From Eledone cirrhosa (lineage: Eukaryota): DNA of 64,000 bases. The notes beneath the pieces are model-generated. The model was given only the letters and a program-made list of their open reading frames with translations, searched no databases and had not been told where the DNA came from. The position numbers and the translations under genes were made by a program. Numbering within the stretch: position 1 is the first letter of the stretch; each line of letters begins with the position of its first letter. The stretch spans positions 200,570,001 through 200,634,000 of the forward strand of contig OZ024742.1 in assembly GCA_964016885.1 (NCBI GenBank), given 5' to 3'. Positions 28,918-42,739 of the stretch are shown in pieces.

Positions 28918-30549
28918 TATATATGAATGTATGTCTATATAAATGTACATATACACATGCATGCACAAATACACTCACACATACATGGATACACAGGCAC
29001 AGGTTGAACATGTTGGTCCTCAGGGCTAACGAAACGTACGTACCTGGCATGGCGCCATTGTAGTAACTGCTCTTAATAATTATATCATACATACACACAC
29101 ACACATATATATATGTATATATATATATGCGTATGTTTGTATGTGTGTGTATATGCATACACACGCACACACACACATACGCTAATAGCTACACAAACAC
29201 ACACCATGCACACAGAGAAAACTAAATATATAAACAAATGTGGAAATAAATGTATTATAATTTCTCAGTTTACTCATTAAGTTTCTCTCGATAGCTCTTA
29301 GCCCTTAGCGTCCCAGAGTATAACGGTAAGTTATAACATATAACAACAATAACAATAACAGCAGAAGTAACAATAAGAACATCACAACCACCATCACTAG
29401 CACCACCACCACCACCATCATCATCATCAACAACAACAACAACAACAGCAGCAACAGCAACAACAAAGGCAGCAGTAAAAAACAAGAATACCACCTCCAC
29501 CACCACCACCACCACCACTACCAACACCACCACCATCAACACCACCAACACCACAAGCACAACCCAAAACAATAACAGCATCTAAAACAAATAGATGACA
29601 TCAACGGAAACATACGGAAACAAACGAAGATAAAAGGGAAAGTTTTATAACAAAACAACAACAACAGGAACAATAACAAAAAATGTCCCAGCAACAACAC
29701 ATAAATGTCATCAACGGAAACAATTAGAAACTATCTTAAGTAAAACAATAAAATAAACAACAAAATTAAGAAAATGACAAAACAACAATAAAAACATTAA
29801 CCAACAACATAAAACAAATAAATAAACAAATTAATATATAATATAAATAAAACTACATCAACGGAAACAAACGGAGAGAAACGGAAAACAAGGAAGACAA
29901 AAATACAGTGATATATAGAGAAAAATATATAACGCTGTTTCATAACAAATAAATTAACAATAACATTAAGAAGCAAAGAAAACAAGACAAATATGAACAA
30001 AAAAAACATATAGCAAAATATAAAATAAAAATAAGCAAATAACAAGGAAATAAATGAACATTTGAATGAACATAAAAAAAATGAAGGCAAAAATAATAAA
30101 TAAATAAATGAAAAAAAAAACGAAGGAAAAAACGAAGGAAATAAAAAAAGAATGAAAAACTGTAGGTAATAAGAAAAGAATTAAAGAAAAGTGAAGGAAA
30201 AAATGACGGAGAAAATGAAGGAAATAAGAAAAAAAATGAATAAAAAATGAATGAAAAATGAAGGAAATAAGAAAAAAGAACTGAAGAAATGAAGGAAATA
30301 AAAATGAATTAAAAATGAAGGAAAAGAATGAAGGAAAAATGAAGGGTTTATAAATTGAAAAAAATATGAAGGAAGTAAATAATGAGTAAAAAAATGAAGG
30401 AAATAAAAAATGAATGAAAAAACGAATGAAAAAACGAAGCAAATAATAAAAGAATGAAAAGATGAAGGTAATAAGAAAAAAATGAAGGAAAAGGGAAGGA
30501 AAAAATGACGGAGAAAATGAAGGAAATAAGGAAAACGGAGCAAATAAAT

Positions 30550-30736
30550 AATTGTTTCTAGATTTGGCACAAGGCCAGCAATTATCCAGTACATTACTGG
30601 TACTTTATTTTATCGACCCCGTAAGGATGAAAGACAAAATTAACCTCGGCGGGATTTGAACTCTGAACATAAAGGGCCATAAATCTTTGCTGCAAAGCAT
30701 GGTGTCTGACCCTCTACCGATACTGCCAATCCACTG
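30550..30736 (-). mobile_element. SINE family A, intronic copy
   Basis: High similarity to the other copies. Confidence 0.85.
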
Positions 30737-30961
30737 TCGTTGAAAGGGGCGTATAAATAATGAATAAAAATAATGAAGGAAATAAATAATGAATGAAAAA
30801 TGAAAGAATAAAAATGAAGGAAAAAAAGCAAGAAAGAAGAAAAGAAAGCTATGTAGAAAAGAAGGAAAAAAGGAAAAAAAAGACAAAAATAGTGAAGAAA
30901 ATGAAAAGTAAATAAAAAGATGGCAAACGGAAAAGCAAAGAGAGGAAAGGTTTCGTTTTAC

Positions 30962-31071
30962 TTATTATAGACAACAATGTCGGGTCTCCATAGTTGCTCT
31001 GATGGAATATGGAGCATGGTTTCACCATTAAAATCATCAGGATTCCATGTCAGCCGGAGGTCATACCATTC
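30962..31071 (-). CDS. nAChR alpha subunit, 110-nt exon (exon 4 equivalent, loop A)
   Basis: gacag|[38 protein letters not shown]|gtaaaa. 110 nt, and its phase-2 end joins the C that opens the next exon (N-ADG). Confidence 0.95.
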
Positions 31072-31369
31072 CTGTCATAGTAGTAGCAGTAGTAGCAGTA
31101 GTAGTAGTGGGTGTAGGAGAAGGAGAGGAAAAAAGAGAAGAAAGTTGAAAATACGAATCGAATACAGGAAAGGTTTTGTAAAATAACAATACAATACTAG
31201 AATTTAATTATCGTTTATTTGAAAAAGAAACACACACTCAAGCACACACACGTTCACACCCACACACACATATATATATATATACACACATGTGTGTATG
31301 TGAATATATATACGTAATTTATATTTCTTAATATATAATATACACGAGCACGCACAGACACAAACATGA

Positions 31370-31400
<31 letters not shown>

Positions 31401-31420
31401 AATATATATATACGGTATAT

Positions 31421-31636
31421 AATGGTTTCTTATATAGACACAAGGCCAGCAGTTTTTTGGGGAGGGAAAGTCGATTAAATCGGCCCCAGTGTGTGACTGG
31501 TACTTTATTTTATCGACCCCGTAAGGATAAAAGGTAAATTAACCTCGGCGGGATACGAACTCAGATCATAAAGGGCCGTAACTCTATGCTGAAAAAGCAT
31601 CGTGTCCGACTCTACCCATACTGCCAATCCACCACC
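31421..31636 (-). mobile_element. SINE family A, full-length intronic copy
   Basis: Head to tail similarity with 59546-59765. Confidence 0.88.
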
Positions 31637-32255
31637 CTCATAAATATATATATAATTGTTTCTACTTTAGGCACAAGGCCAGCAATTACCCAGTACATTA
31701 CTGGTACTTTATATATAATAATAAGTTGACGGGACTAGCATGTGCTTCACTGTTAGTACCAGTTTCATCTCAGCGTATATATATATATATATATATATAT
31801 AATTATTAGGGTAAAAATTGATGTAAATCAATTCAAGCACTCAACGTACTTTTTCCACATAGGAGTGACGGAGTAAATATCGAATAAGGAAAAGCGAAGT
31901 AGTTTCAGATGTTCAAGTCCTTTAATAAGATTCTATATATATATATATGTAGAATCAAGACGTATCTGAGGACCTTGCGATTTTCAGAGTCGGGTTCGAT
32001 CGTGCCTCGAGCTGGTCGCCAGAGAAACGATTGTATTATGTCCAATGAATTCCATTCGTCGCAACACTGATTCTCTTTTTTCTGTGATATCATACTCTTC
32101 TCTATGAGAGCATCGAGTGTTCATACGGCCTACCGCATACAGACGCTTTAAGCATCCAACACCAATTATATATATATATATATATATTCAAACAGAACTC
32201 AAAACGCTAAGTTCTAGTTTGGAATATGTCACTATCTGTAAAACAATTTTTGTAT

Positions 32256-32310
32256 TTTATCTGATGAGTGCGTACCAAAAATGTTGGTACCCTTGAAATA
32301 TATATAATGG
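32256..32310 (+). ncRNA. Type I hammerhead ribozyme motif in a PLE 3'-end fragment
   Basis: tttat-CTGATGA-gtgc gtaccaa aaatg ttggtac cctt-GAAA-tatata-TA-atgg. The base of stem II is weakened. Downstream sequence matches 49780-49915 and ends in (TA)n. Confidence 0.65.
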
Positions 32311-32756
32311 TTTTATAAAGATAGTTTCCATTTATTAATATTATTGATATTATACTCCAGAAGAATACTGTAGAGTGCTTCTAATCTGTTATAAACTAAA
32401 TTTGTTGAATAACCAACAAATTAAATAATTCATTGCTATATATATATATATGTTATGTATTTCCGTAGAAAAAATAAAGGAAAGAAATATTTCATCTGAT
32501 GAACGAACTAAACGTTTCTGTTAGAATTATCTAATTTCATGAAACCTTAGGCAATGGAATAATTATATTCTGTTGTTTATTATATAATCAAATATACGAA
32601 AAGATTTCCTGGTGGAAGTTCAGGTACACTCCGAGTATAGATCCAGTTTGAGAGTGAAAATCCAATGAATTGATACTAATAATACATTTTGTACCTCTGT
32701 TTGTTGTCTCCTTGAAATGTATATATACATATATATTCTTTCTCTGTCTCTCTCTC

Positions 32757-32851
<95 letters not shown>

Positions 32852-33699
32852 TTGTGTGTGTGCCTGTGTGTGTGTTCGTGTGTGTTTGTGTATGTGTATT
32901 TGTGTGTGTGACTGCATGTGTGAGTGCCTGTCTATGACAGTGTTCGAGAAAAAGAGATCAACAAAAGAGAGAAAAATTATATAATAAAAAAATGAAGGTG
33001 GGGAGGAATGTACAATCTTTATATCGTTGACTTGGTAGTACATATCTACTGTACCACACGAACAAGATGGCCATCACCACCACTACCACCAACACCACCA
33101 TAACCTTTACCAACAACACCACCAAGTCCCCCACCACCAGTTGCCCACCCTCTCTCTCAATGTCTGTGACTTGTACCAAATTCTTCTACCATTTTTCCTC
33201 ACAGACCTATATTATTTCTACAGAAAGTTCTGGCACCCAGCCATGCTACCGAGTTAACAAACACCTCAAAATACTATACACTACAACATGAAGAGAAAAT
33301 AAAGAATCTTCCATGTCATGGAAAATATGTTGTACACCGACATGTATTTACCACCCCACCATGCCCTCACCTTTCTTCTACTCTCCCCTCTTCCACCCCC
33401 TCCTCCCCCTCCTCCATTTCATCCTCCCTTCCACACCCCTCTTCCTCCTTCACCTACTACATCATCACCATCGTCATTGTATTTGTTACTATTGTTGCTG
33501 TTGTTTTTGCCATACCATCACCAATCTTCTACTCACCATTCCCCCTACCGCTCCCCCTCCTCCTCTTCTTCCTCCACCTCTTCCTCACCCCTTCCTCACC
33601 CCTCTTCCTCCTTCACTTACTACATCATCATCATCGTCATTGCATTTGTTGCTATTATTGTTGTTGTTGTTGTTTTTCTTCTCTTTCTTTTTCGTCTTC

Positions 33700-34490
33700 T
33701 ACTTCTCCCCCAACACAAGAACAACAACAAGCACTACCACCCCCATCAACAGCACCACCACCAGCAACAGCATCAGCATCATCGCCACTACTACCACGAC
33801 CACGACGATCAACGTTAAACCACCGCCACCACCAGCACCCCCACCACCAGCTCCACCCCCACGAGAACCACCACAAATAACACCACACTACCACCACCAC
33901 CACCACCACCAACACCACCACCAACACCACCACCACCACCACCACTACTACCACCACCACCACCAACAACAACACTACCACCACCACCAACAACAACAAC
34001 ACCACTACCACCACCACTACCACCACTTCCACCATCATAACCACTACCACCACCACCATCACCATTACTACCACTACAATCACCAACAACAACACTACCA
34101 CCACCACCACCACCAACAACAACACTACCACCACCACAACCATCACCACGACCATCATCACCACCAACAACAACACTACTACCACTACCACCACCATCAC
34201 CACCACTACCACCACCACCACAACCACCACCACCACCACCACCATCACCACCAACAGCAACACTACCACCACCACCACCACCACAACCACCACCTCCACC
34301 ATCACCAACACCAACAACAACACTACAACCATCACCACCACTACCACCACCCCCACCAACAACAACAACACTACCACCACCAACAACAACAACAACAACA
34401 CTACCACCACCATCACCACCACTACCACCACCACCATCACCACTACCACCAACAACAACAACACTACCACCACCACCACCACCAACACTA
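33700..34490. repeat. Compound CAC/CAA/TAC trinucleotide array (intronic)
   Basis: Recurrent caacaacaacactac(cac)n modules. Confidence 0.9.
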
Positions 34491-35857
34491 CCTTGTAACG
34501 TGATTGTGTTAAAACAACACACTATATAGATGAAAGAAAGGAGATGAAGAAGCTCCCACGGTCTGACTCCTCTTTCTTTGTCTTTACACAACCACAAAAC
34601 TCGGTCACTCTTTCTGTGCGTTGTTCGTTCTCAGGGAAGAGATTCCATCCCGTATTTTTGGCATTTTGAAGATCATGTGATCACCAGAACCAGCACCATC
34701 ACTATCATCACTACCATCACTATCTCCAGCAATACTATCAACACCACTACCACCAGCATCATCACCACCACTACCACCATCACCACCACCACCACCAACA
34801 CAACTACCTCCACGACAATCAGAGCTACCACAATCAGAACCAGCACCCAACACCAACATCACTATCTCCAACACCACCACCACCACCACCACCACGAACC
34901 CTACAACTCCATCAGGAGTTGTAGTGTCACCATCGTTGCATATGGCCTGTCAAAGGCATTTAAAACTGACGAAGCTTATACCTTTCCAGGTCTGGTCGGA
35001 ACACAACTGAATCTCTTTGAAAGTTACCTGGAGCGTACACGTGTCTATGGAATGCTCAACCAATTACATATTAATTTCACAAGCAGGCTGTTCCATTGAT
35101 GGATAACTACTCCCTCTCCCTGCTCATTAAATTTTGCTAATCTTTCCCCACCGAAATTCTATTTTCAGTGGTAGCATTTCTGAGGCAATTAATTTTCTTA
35201 AAAAAACATTATTCATGACAAAAAAAGTACATTACTAGAAATCCCATACGTTATAAAATAAATAGGATGGGTTGAGGTCTCAATATGTAAACTAAATGAC
35301 TAATTCTGGTTTTTTAAAAGAAATCCAAGGAGACAATCTAGAATAATTAACGATTTTCCACACCCACTGCTATTTGGGACCCGGTAGTATAAGACCCCTA
35401 TAATCCAGGGAGCTCATTTTTGTGTAGATAGAAATGTATAAATCAAAATTTGAGTTCAGTTTTTAGAACGAAAAAAAAAATTCTACTTTTTTTTTGCGTG
35501 TCGGTCGGTGTGTGTGGGTGTGGGTGGGTGTGGGTGTATGCGCGTGATTGTCTGTGTGTGAGTATATGTGACTAGATGTGTGTCAATGTGCTTGTGTTGG
35601 TTGGTGTAGAAAAATACATATGTATTGTTATTTAGCGAAATACAGAAAACAAATTTTGATTTGAATTTTTCTGAAAAAAAAAATCAAGCAAAGAACAAAA
35701 ATCAAAGCAAAATCAAAATAATAAAATGGCGCTGTGTTAACAGTTGCTGGATCTTCATGTCAGCGTGTAAAGTCTAAGTACAAGGTACACTCAAGAAGTT
35801 TGGGGACTTTTTCTTTTCAGACACTTTTAGTTGACCTACGTAACTGTCACTCTAATG

Positions 35858-36036
35858 CAGTGGTTCGCAACCTTTTTTTTGCCAACGGCACACCTTGGAA
35901 AACATGAAAAAATAGCGGCACATTTGGTTAAATATATATGAAAAATATTTGAATTTTACAAAATAAAAACATGTCGAAAATAAAATTTCGCGGCACACTT
36001 AGGAGGATCTCGCGGCACACTGGTTAAGAATCACTG
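35858..36036. mobile_element. hAT (Charlie-type) MITE, 179 bp, with 8-bp TSD
   Basis: TIRs cagtggttcgcaacc / ggttaagaatcactg; direct repeat CTCTAATG at 35850-35857 and 36037-36044; internal gcggcacac motifs. Confidence 0.88.
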
Positions 36037-36201
36037 CTCTAATGCATCCTTGTTATGGTTACAAGCTAACATGCCAAATATTTTTTTTTCCAGGATGAAG
36101 GTTCGGACTGCTACAGCACTTTAAATACTACCCAACATACACGTCTTGTCACAACTGACTGGTTCTACAATGCAGTCGGGACGTATGCATTTTGTGTATG
36201 A

Positions 36202-36810
36202 AGGCACATGGCTTAGTGGTTAGGGCGTTCGACTCACGATCGTTAGATGGCGAATTCGATTCCTGGCCGTGCATTGAGAACTTGAAAAAAAAAAAAAAAA
36301 GAAATCATTTTATTTTATGTTGCTTCAGTCTACTTATTGGAGGCGTGTGGCCTAATGGGAAGTGTGTTGGACTTGCGATTATAATGTCAGGCGTTCAATT
36401 TCTGGACTGGGTTGTGTGTTCTTGAGCAAAACATTTCATTTCCCGTTGTTCTAGTATACTGAACTGAAAATGAGTACCAACAATAGCTTAGAGGTCCCTG
36501 GCGTCCTGTTAAGGGGCGGGATGTCTTGTACCCTCAGTCGCATCACGCCTCCTTAATGTGCCTCATGACTTGAGACAGACTTAGACCAGACAATACTTTA
36601 GAGACCAGTTTACTTATCTATAAAAAATGAACAGTACATCTGATTCAAAGTGCCATTCTTGTGACACAGAGTGTCACGTTGAATTTCCATGTGAACGACG
36701 TTAAAGGTACAGATGCCTTTGATATGATCAGACACTTACACGTTAATTTCATAAATAGGCTGTTCTGTTGGATGATCAACTGGGGCACTCGTCGTCAGAA
36801 TCGACGGAAG
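36202..36810 (+). mobile_element. tRNA-derived SINE family B (CORE-like); two heads at about 36202 and 36341
   Basis: tggcttagtggttag A-box, ttcgattcc B-box, cttgagcaaaacatttcattt core. The tail is shared with about 35030-35105. Confidence 0.65.
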
Positions 36811-37535
36811 CCCACCAACAGCAGCAACTGCAACAGCGGTATTTGAGTATGTTTGTGTACATGTCGATATATATATATATATATGCGTGTGTGTAAAAGG
36901 TAAACAGAAATAACAACACAATCGGTAGAGTATATGGAAGGGATATATTAGGTTAACGTATATATATGTGTGTGTGTGTGTGTGTATGTGTGTGTGTGTA
37001 TGTGTGTGTGTGTGTGTGCATGTGTGTGCGTACGAGTGTGTATATGTATGAGTATGTGAGTGTGGGTGTGCGAGCGTGTGTGTGTGTAGATTTGATACTG
37101 GGGTGGTGGATTGTATGTTAGTGTGTCAGTATTGCTCTAGAAAATACAGTTTGTGTATGTCAGTTTGTTTCTCTACACTTAGCACGGTTTCTCTTCTCTC
37201 TCTCGCCCTCTCTCTCTCTTTGTGCTCCTCTCCGTCTCTTTCTCTATCTCTCGATAATTAAAACAGGCTCATATCTCTTACTCATTCTATTAATGCCGTC
37301 TGTAAACCAGGTTTTAACGCCAGCAATAAAACATGTCATAGTCTTCACAGATCATATCATCCCAGGTGTCTTGTTCTTATAATTGTTTGGTTGTTAGTTT
37401 GTTTATTTCTAACATATATTTCTTAATATTGTTGCTACTGTTACTGATAGCGGTAATGAGGTTGGTGTTGGTAGTGATAATGGTAATGATGGTGACACTG
37501 CTGTTGCAAACCGCATAGTGCCATATGTCTCAGGG

Positions 37536-37574
<39 letters not shown>

Positions 37575-38022
37575 GTAAAGAAAAGAAAGAGAGGCGGTAT
37601 CACATATTCAACATTAGTTTATTTCGTTATATCTTCCCATTATGCACATTTTTAAGGCATCAACATTTCATTATTCAACGGGTTTTCAATGCGCTGTCGT
37701 CAGATAAGAGGTCAAATGTAATTAAAGATGTGCTTGTCATTAAGGAGGTGTTTATATTTTAATGGCAGGCATATCAAAAGCAAAAACAAACTTTACATTT
37801 ATTCACATTTGACCTTCAGTCTGACGAAATCACATTGAATAAATGTTTAATGATGACACTTTGGTGCCTTTGAAATATGCATAACGGGATGATGTAATTA
37901 AATAAACTGATGTCAAATATGTAATACTGTCTCTCTTCCTTTTCCCAATATTGATACTCCATCTGATACTATATATGTAATACCCTGACGTCGTGTGCTG
38001 CTTCTGCCTGATTGCATGCATG

Positions 38023-38099
<77 letters not shown>

Positions 38100-38174
38100 G
38101 TATTTATATTTATGGTATGTGTGTGCGTGTGCGTGTATCAGGTAATTCTGATGATGAGATATTCATTTACTTAC

Positions 38175-38219
38175 ATGCTTTAACCAAACAATTGTTACCA
38201 TTACTTGGTTTTTTTCGTC
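38175..38219 (-). CDS. nAChR alpha subunit, 45-nt exon (exon 3 equivalent, loop D)
   Basis: Minus strand reads cttcttcag|GAC GAA AAA AAC CAA GTA ATG GTA ACA ATT GTT TGG TTA AAG CAT|gtaagt = DEKNQVMVTIVWLKH. Length, phase 0/0 and motif match the conserved 45-nt nAChR exon. Not in the ORF track. Confidence 0.93.
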
Positions 38220-38319
38220 CTGAAGAAGAAGAAAGAAAAAAAAAAGAAATTAATAAAGAAAGATAGATGAGGATAGAGGTAGAAAGAAAGAAAGGCTGAT
38301 GGAAGAACGAAATAAAACA

Positions 38320-38762
38320 ATTGTTTCTTCATTTGGCACAAAACCACCAATTTGAAAGGAGGTTGAAATTTGATTAAACCGACTTCAGTGCATTACTGGT
38401 AGTAATTTTATCAACGCTGTAAGGATGATAGGTGAAGCTAACCTCGGTGGGATTTGATCTCAATGTAAAGTGTGCTAACTGAATATTGCAAAACATGTCC
38501 GATGCTCTACCAATTCTGTGAATCAACGGTCCTTGAAGCGAAGAAAAATGATGACTTCTGATTTAGGCTCAAGACCAATAATTTTGAGAGAAGGGAAAGT
38601 CGATTAAATCGACCCCAGTGCGATACTCGTACATTATTTTATTGACCCCGTAAGGATTAAAGTTGAAGTTAACATCGGCGGGATTTGAGCTCAGAATGCA
38701 AAGAGACGTAGATATATGCTGCAAAGCATATTGTTCGCCGCTCTACCACTACTGCCAATCTA
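38320..38762 (-). mobile_element. Two diverged SINE family A copies
   Basis: Core and B-box recognisable in each (about 38320-38530 and 38556-38762). Confidence 0.75.
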
Positions 38763-38952
38763 TAGCACTGAAAGAAAGTAAAATAATTAAAAAATATATT
38801 GTTTAAATAAACTATACCTAATTCTTTAAAGCTCTACATAGAGTGACAAAGGCCAAGAGAATTGTATAAACCAGTTCAAAATAATGGGTGCCTATCATAT
38901 CATTATTGTCATGTTTCTCTTAAGCTAAATTCCAGGTGTCAACAGACACATT

Positions 38953-39061
<109 letters not shown>

Positions 39062-39113
39062 TATATATACATATATACACATACACATATATATATATGT
39101 ACGTGTATATATG

Positions 39114-39192
<79 letters not shown>

Positions 39193-39335
39193 GTTAGAAT
39201 ATGTGTAATAAGGCCAAGACAATGCAGATATGGACATAGAAAAAAAAAAAAAAATCTGCATTGTCTTGGCCTTATTACACATATTCTAACGTTTATACCT
39301 CATTACACAATGCTTCAAGTGAACTATAACCTCCT

Positions 39336-39393
<58 letters not shown>

Positions 39394-39409
39394 ATCTAAG
39401 GCGGGTAAA

Positions 39410-39570
39410 ATTCCCGAGATCCATGGACGAGTTCTCTCCAGCGGTCTCTGTCCCTCATTATCGCTGCCATGTCCTGCGTCTCCAACAGACCAGTGTCTGT
39501 ACTTAGGGCATCAACATACGTTAACCTTGGTCTTCCTCTTCTAGTGTGTCCATGTAGGGGCTCCCAATAG
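39410..39570 (-). mobile_element. LINE (RTE-like) 3' coding fragment
   Basis: Minus-strand translation WEPLHGHTRRGRPRLTYVDALSTDTG...DRDRWRELV matches the RGRP..D..R..WR C-terminal pattern. Confidence 0.7.
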
Positions 39571-39906
39571 ATGTGTGTGTGAATGTGTCTATTGACACCT
39601 GGAATTTAGCTTAAGAGAAACATGACAATAATGATATGATAGGCACCGAATATTTTGAACTGGTTTATAGAATTCTCTTGGCCTTTGCCACTCTTAAGTA
39701 GAGCTTTAAAGAATTACCTTTTAAAGAATTTCCCTTTTCTTTGATCGCGAATAGATGGCTGTCGTTTATTTATCTATTATTTCTTCATAGGTGCCTTTTA
39801 ATCTTATAGCATGGTTTAATTGGTTTTTTGTGTGGTTAATTACGCTAAATGGGAGAGGAAATGGAGTATATATCTTATCAAATGATTCTATGGACATAAT
39901 TTATAG

Positions 39907-39938
<32 letters not shown>

Positions 39939-40120
39939 TACATATATACACACACATATATATATATATAAATATATAAATATATATATATATACACACA
40001 TATATATACATATAAATATACACATATACAAACACATACAAACACATCTACAGAAATACACATATATACACATATACAAAATACATAAAAACGCATACAC
40101 AAATATATATATATATATAC

Positions 40121-40251
<131 letters not shown>

Positions 40252-40390
40252 TAGAAAGTGAAGTTTTTTATAACAAAATGAAAAATAACCGAGGTGTTCT
40301 ACACGAGTGAAAGTATAAAGAAAAAAAGATGAAATCGAAAATGCAACTGGAGTCTTATTTTTTTTTTAAATATATATATTTATTTGGTTC

Positions 40391-40426
40391 CTTTACCGGT
40401 TTCGCAGTTCTTCTGCTTTTCAAAAG
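40391..40426 (-). ncRNA. Minimal type I hammerhead ribozyme with U3-A8 covariant core
   Basis: ctt-TTGAAAA-gcag aagaa ctgc-GAAA-ccgg-TA-aag. All three stems pair, stem III is the palindrome ACCGGT and the cleavage triplet is GUA. It lies in a probable PLE 3' end (about 40250-40950). Confidence 0.75.
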
Positions 40427-40961
40427 TAGAGTTGAGATGGAGGGTCTGTGGTTTTTCTCACATCTGGTTGGTCTCTGAATGTTACTTGTTTTATATGAGA
40501 AAAGTGGCTGGAAATGCCAGGTTTTTAGAGAAGTAATTTGATTGGTTGGTCAATAATTATAATAAATTTCGCGCCAGTTCGCGTTACAAAGTTCTTCAAA
40601 CAAGGGGGGGGGTCACAGGTTGTTTTTTCATATATGAGTGTTTGAATTTCTTTTCACTTTAAAAAAAAGGGGGGGGGGGGCTCACGAAGTCTTTTTTTTT
40701 TTTTTTTTTAATAAACGTAATTTGATTGGTTATAAATGAAATTATGCCTGTCACGTGAACAAGTTTTCATTAAATTTTCGCGCCCTTATTTGGAAATCTA
40801 TTCTGTAGCCTTTTTAGAGAATTTTATGACAAGGAAAAGATAATGGTCAAAAGTAATTGGATGGGATAATTGTTCTGGTTCAGTGAATATGGTTAGTCTG
40901 CTGGGGTGTCATAATTCAGATTTTCTATTGAATAAAGAAAGTAAAGATATGTATGTTTATT

Positions 40962-41004
<43 letters not shown>

Positions 41005-41288
41005 CGTGTATGTGTGTGTTTGAATTTCTTTTTACTTAAAAAAAGGGGGGCTCACGAAGGCTTTTTTTTAATGCAGAATTCTAGGAGAAGGAAAACTCTG
41101 ATATAACACCTGCAACCCTGATAGTATCCAATGATGTTGACTTGTTCTTCTTTTTGGTAAATATCATGTTGGTTAAGAGAGTGGGACTGGCTTTGTGCAG
41201 TGCCTTTGCTCACTATAAAAGCTTCACGGCACAGGCATTGCTCTTTATATCTGGAGATATATATATATATATATGTATATGTATATAT

Positions 41289-41407
<119 letters not shown>

Positions 41408-41428
41408 TATACATATTTATGCACAAAT

Positions 41429-41485
<57 letters not shown>

Positions 41486-41487
41486 AT

Positions 41488-41521
<34 letters not shown>

Positions 41522-41525
41522 ATAT

Positions 41526-41562
<37 letters not shown>

Positions 41563-41585
41563 CACACACATACATATACACATAT

Positions 41586-41634
<49 letters not shown>

Positions 41635-41675
41635 CATACATATATATATATACATATATATATACATATATATAT

Positions 41676-41720
<45 letters not shown>

Positions 41721-41773
41721 CACACACATATATATATATATACATATATATATACATATATATATATATAAAT

Positions 41774-41824
<51 letters not shown>

Positions 41825-42623
41825 TACACATATATATATACACACACATACACACATATATATATATATACATATACACACACATACACACATATACACA
41901 TATATATACATATTTATATATATATACACACACATATATATATATATACATATGTACACACATATATATATATATACACACATATATATATATATATACA
42001 TATATACACTCATATATATATATATATATATGGTGGCTGCCACCTCGTTTTCGAGTACGGCCACTACTTTATATCCATGTAGTGTCATGAGTGTGACTTT
42101 TTAGTCCAGCGAGCGACTTGAAAACTCTGGTACAAACACTACACTTGTGACAATTACTGACACGTTGTGCTGGGCTCATGGTACCATGTGACGACAAGTG
42201 CAGAGAGATCTCCAAATATAAATCAATGCCTGTGCCGTGAAGCTTTTATAGTGAGCAAAGGCACTGCACAAAGCCAGTCCCACTCTCTTAACCAAAATGA
42301 TATTTACCAAAAAGAAGAACAAGTCAACATCATTGGATGCCACCAGGGTTGCAGGTGTTATATCAGAGTTTTCCTTCTCCTAGAATTCTGCATTGACAAA
42401 GGCTAAGGGGTCATCTCTCCCGGTGATTTTGGATGGCCATTGACTCTTAAGAGCTCCTTTGCCCTTTGACAGGTTTTGTTTTTAGTCCTGCAGGATGTCC
42501 AAAGTCACCCTCCTCACCAAGAAACCTTGGTAGGGTTGCCAGTTTAGTCGCCAATGACCCGACCATGGGACAGGTTGTACTGAGATACATGTTACCAGTA
42601 GGACCAACTGGTGACCTGACATA

Positions 42624-42729
<106 letters not shown>

Positions 42730-42739
42730 GATATATATA

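Noticed and set aside
33313-34503. 396-aa His/Gln/Pro-rich ORF
   Set aside because: Trinucleotide repeat open in several frames and on both strands; intronic, with no domain or splice support.
34493-34600. Signal-peptide-like stretch (ELLHLLSFIYIVCCFNTITLQG) as nAChR exon 1
   Set aside because: It lies between the 45-nt and 110-nt exons (wrong order) and has an in-frame stop after the nearest ATG.
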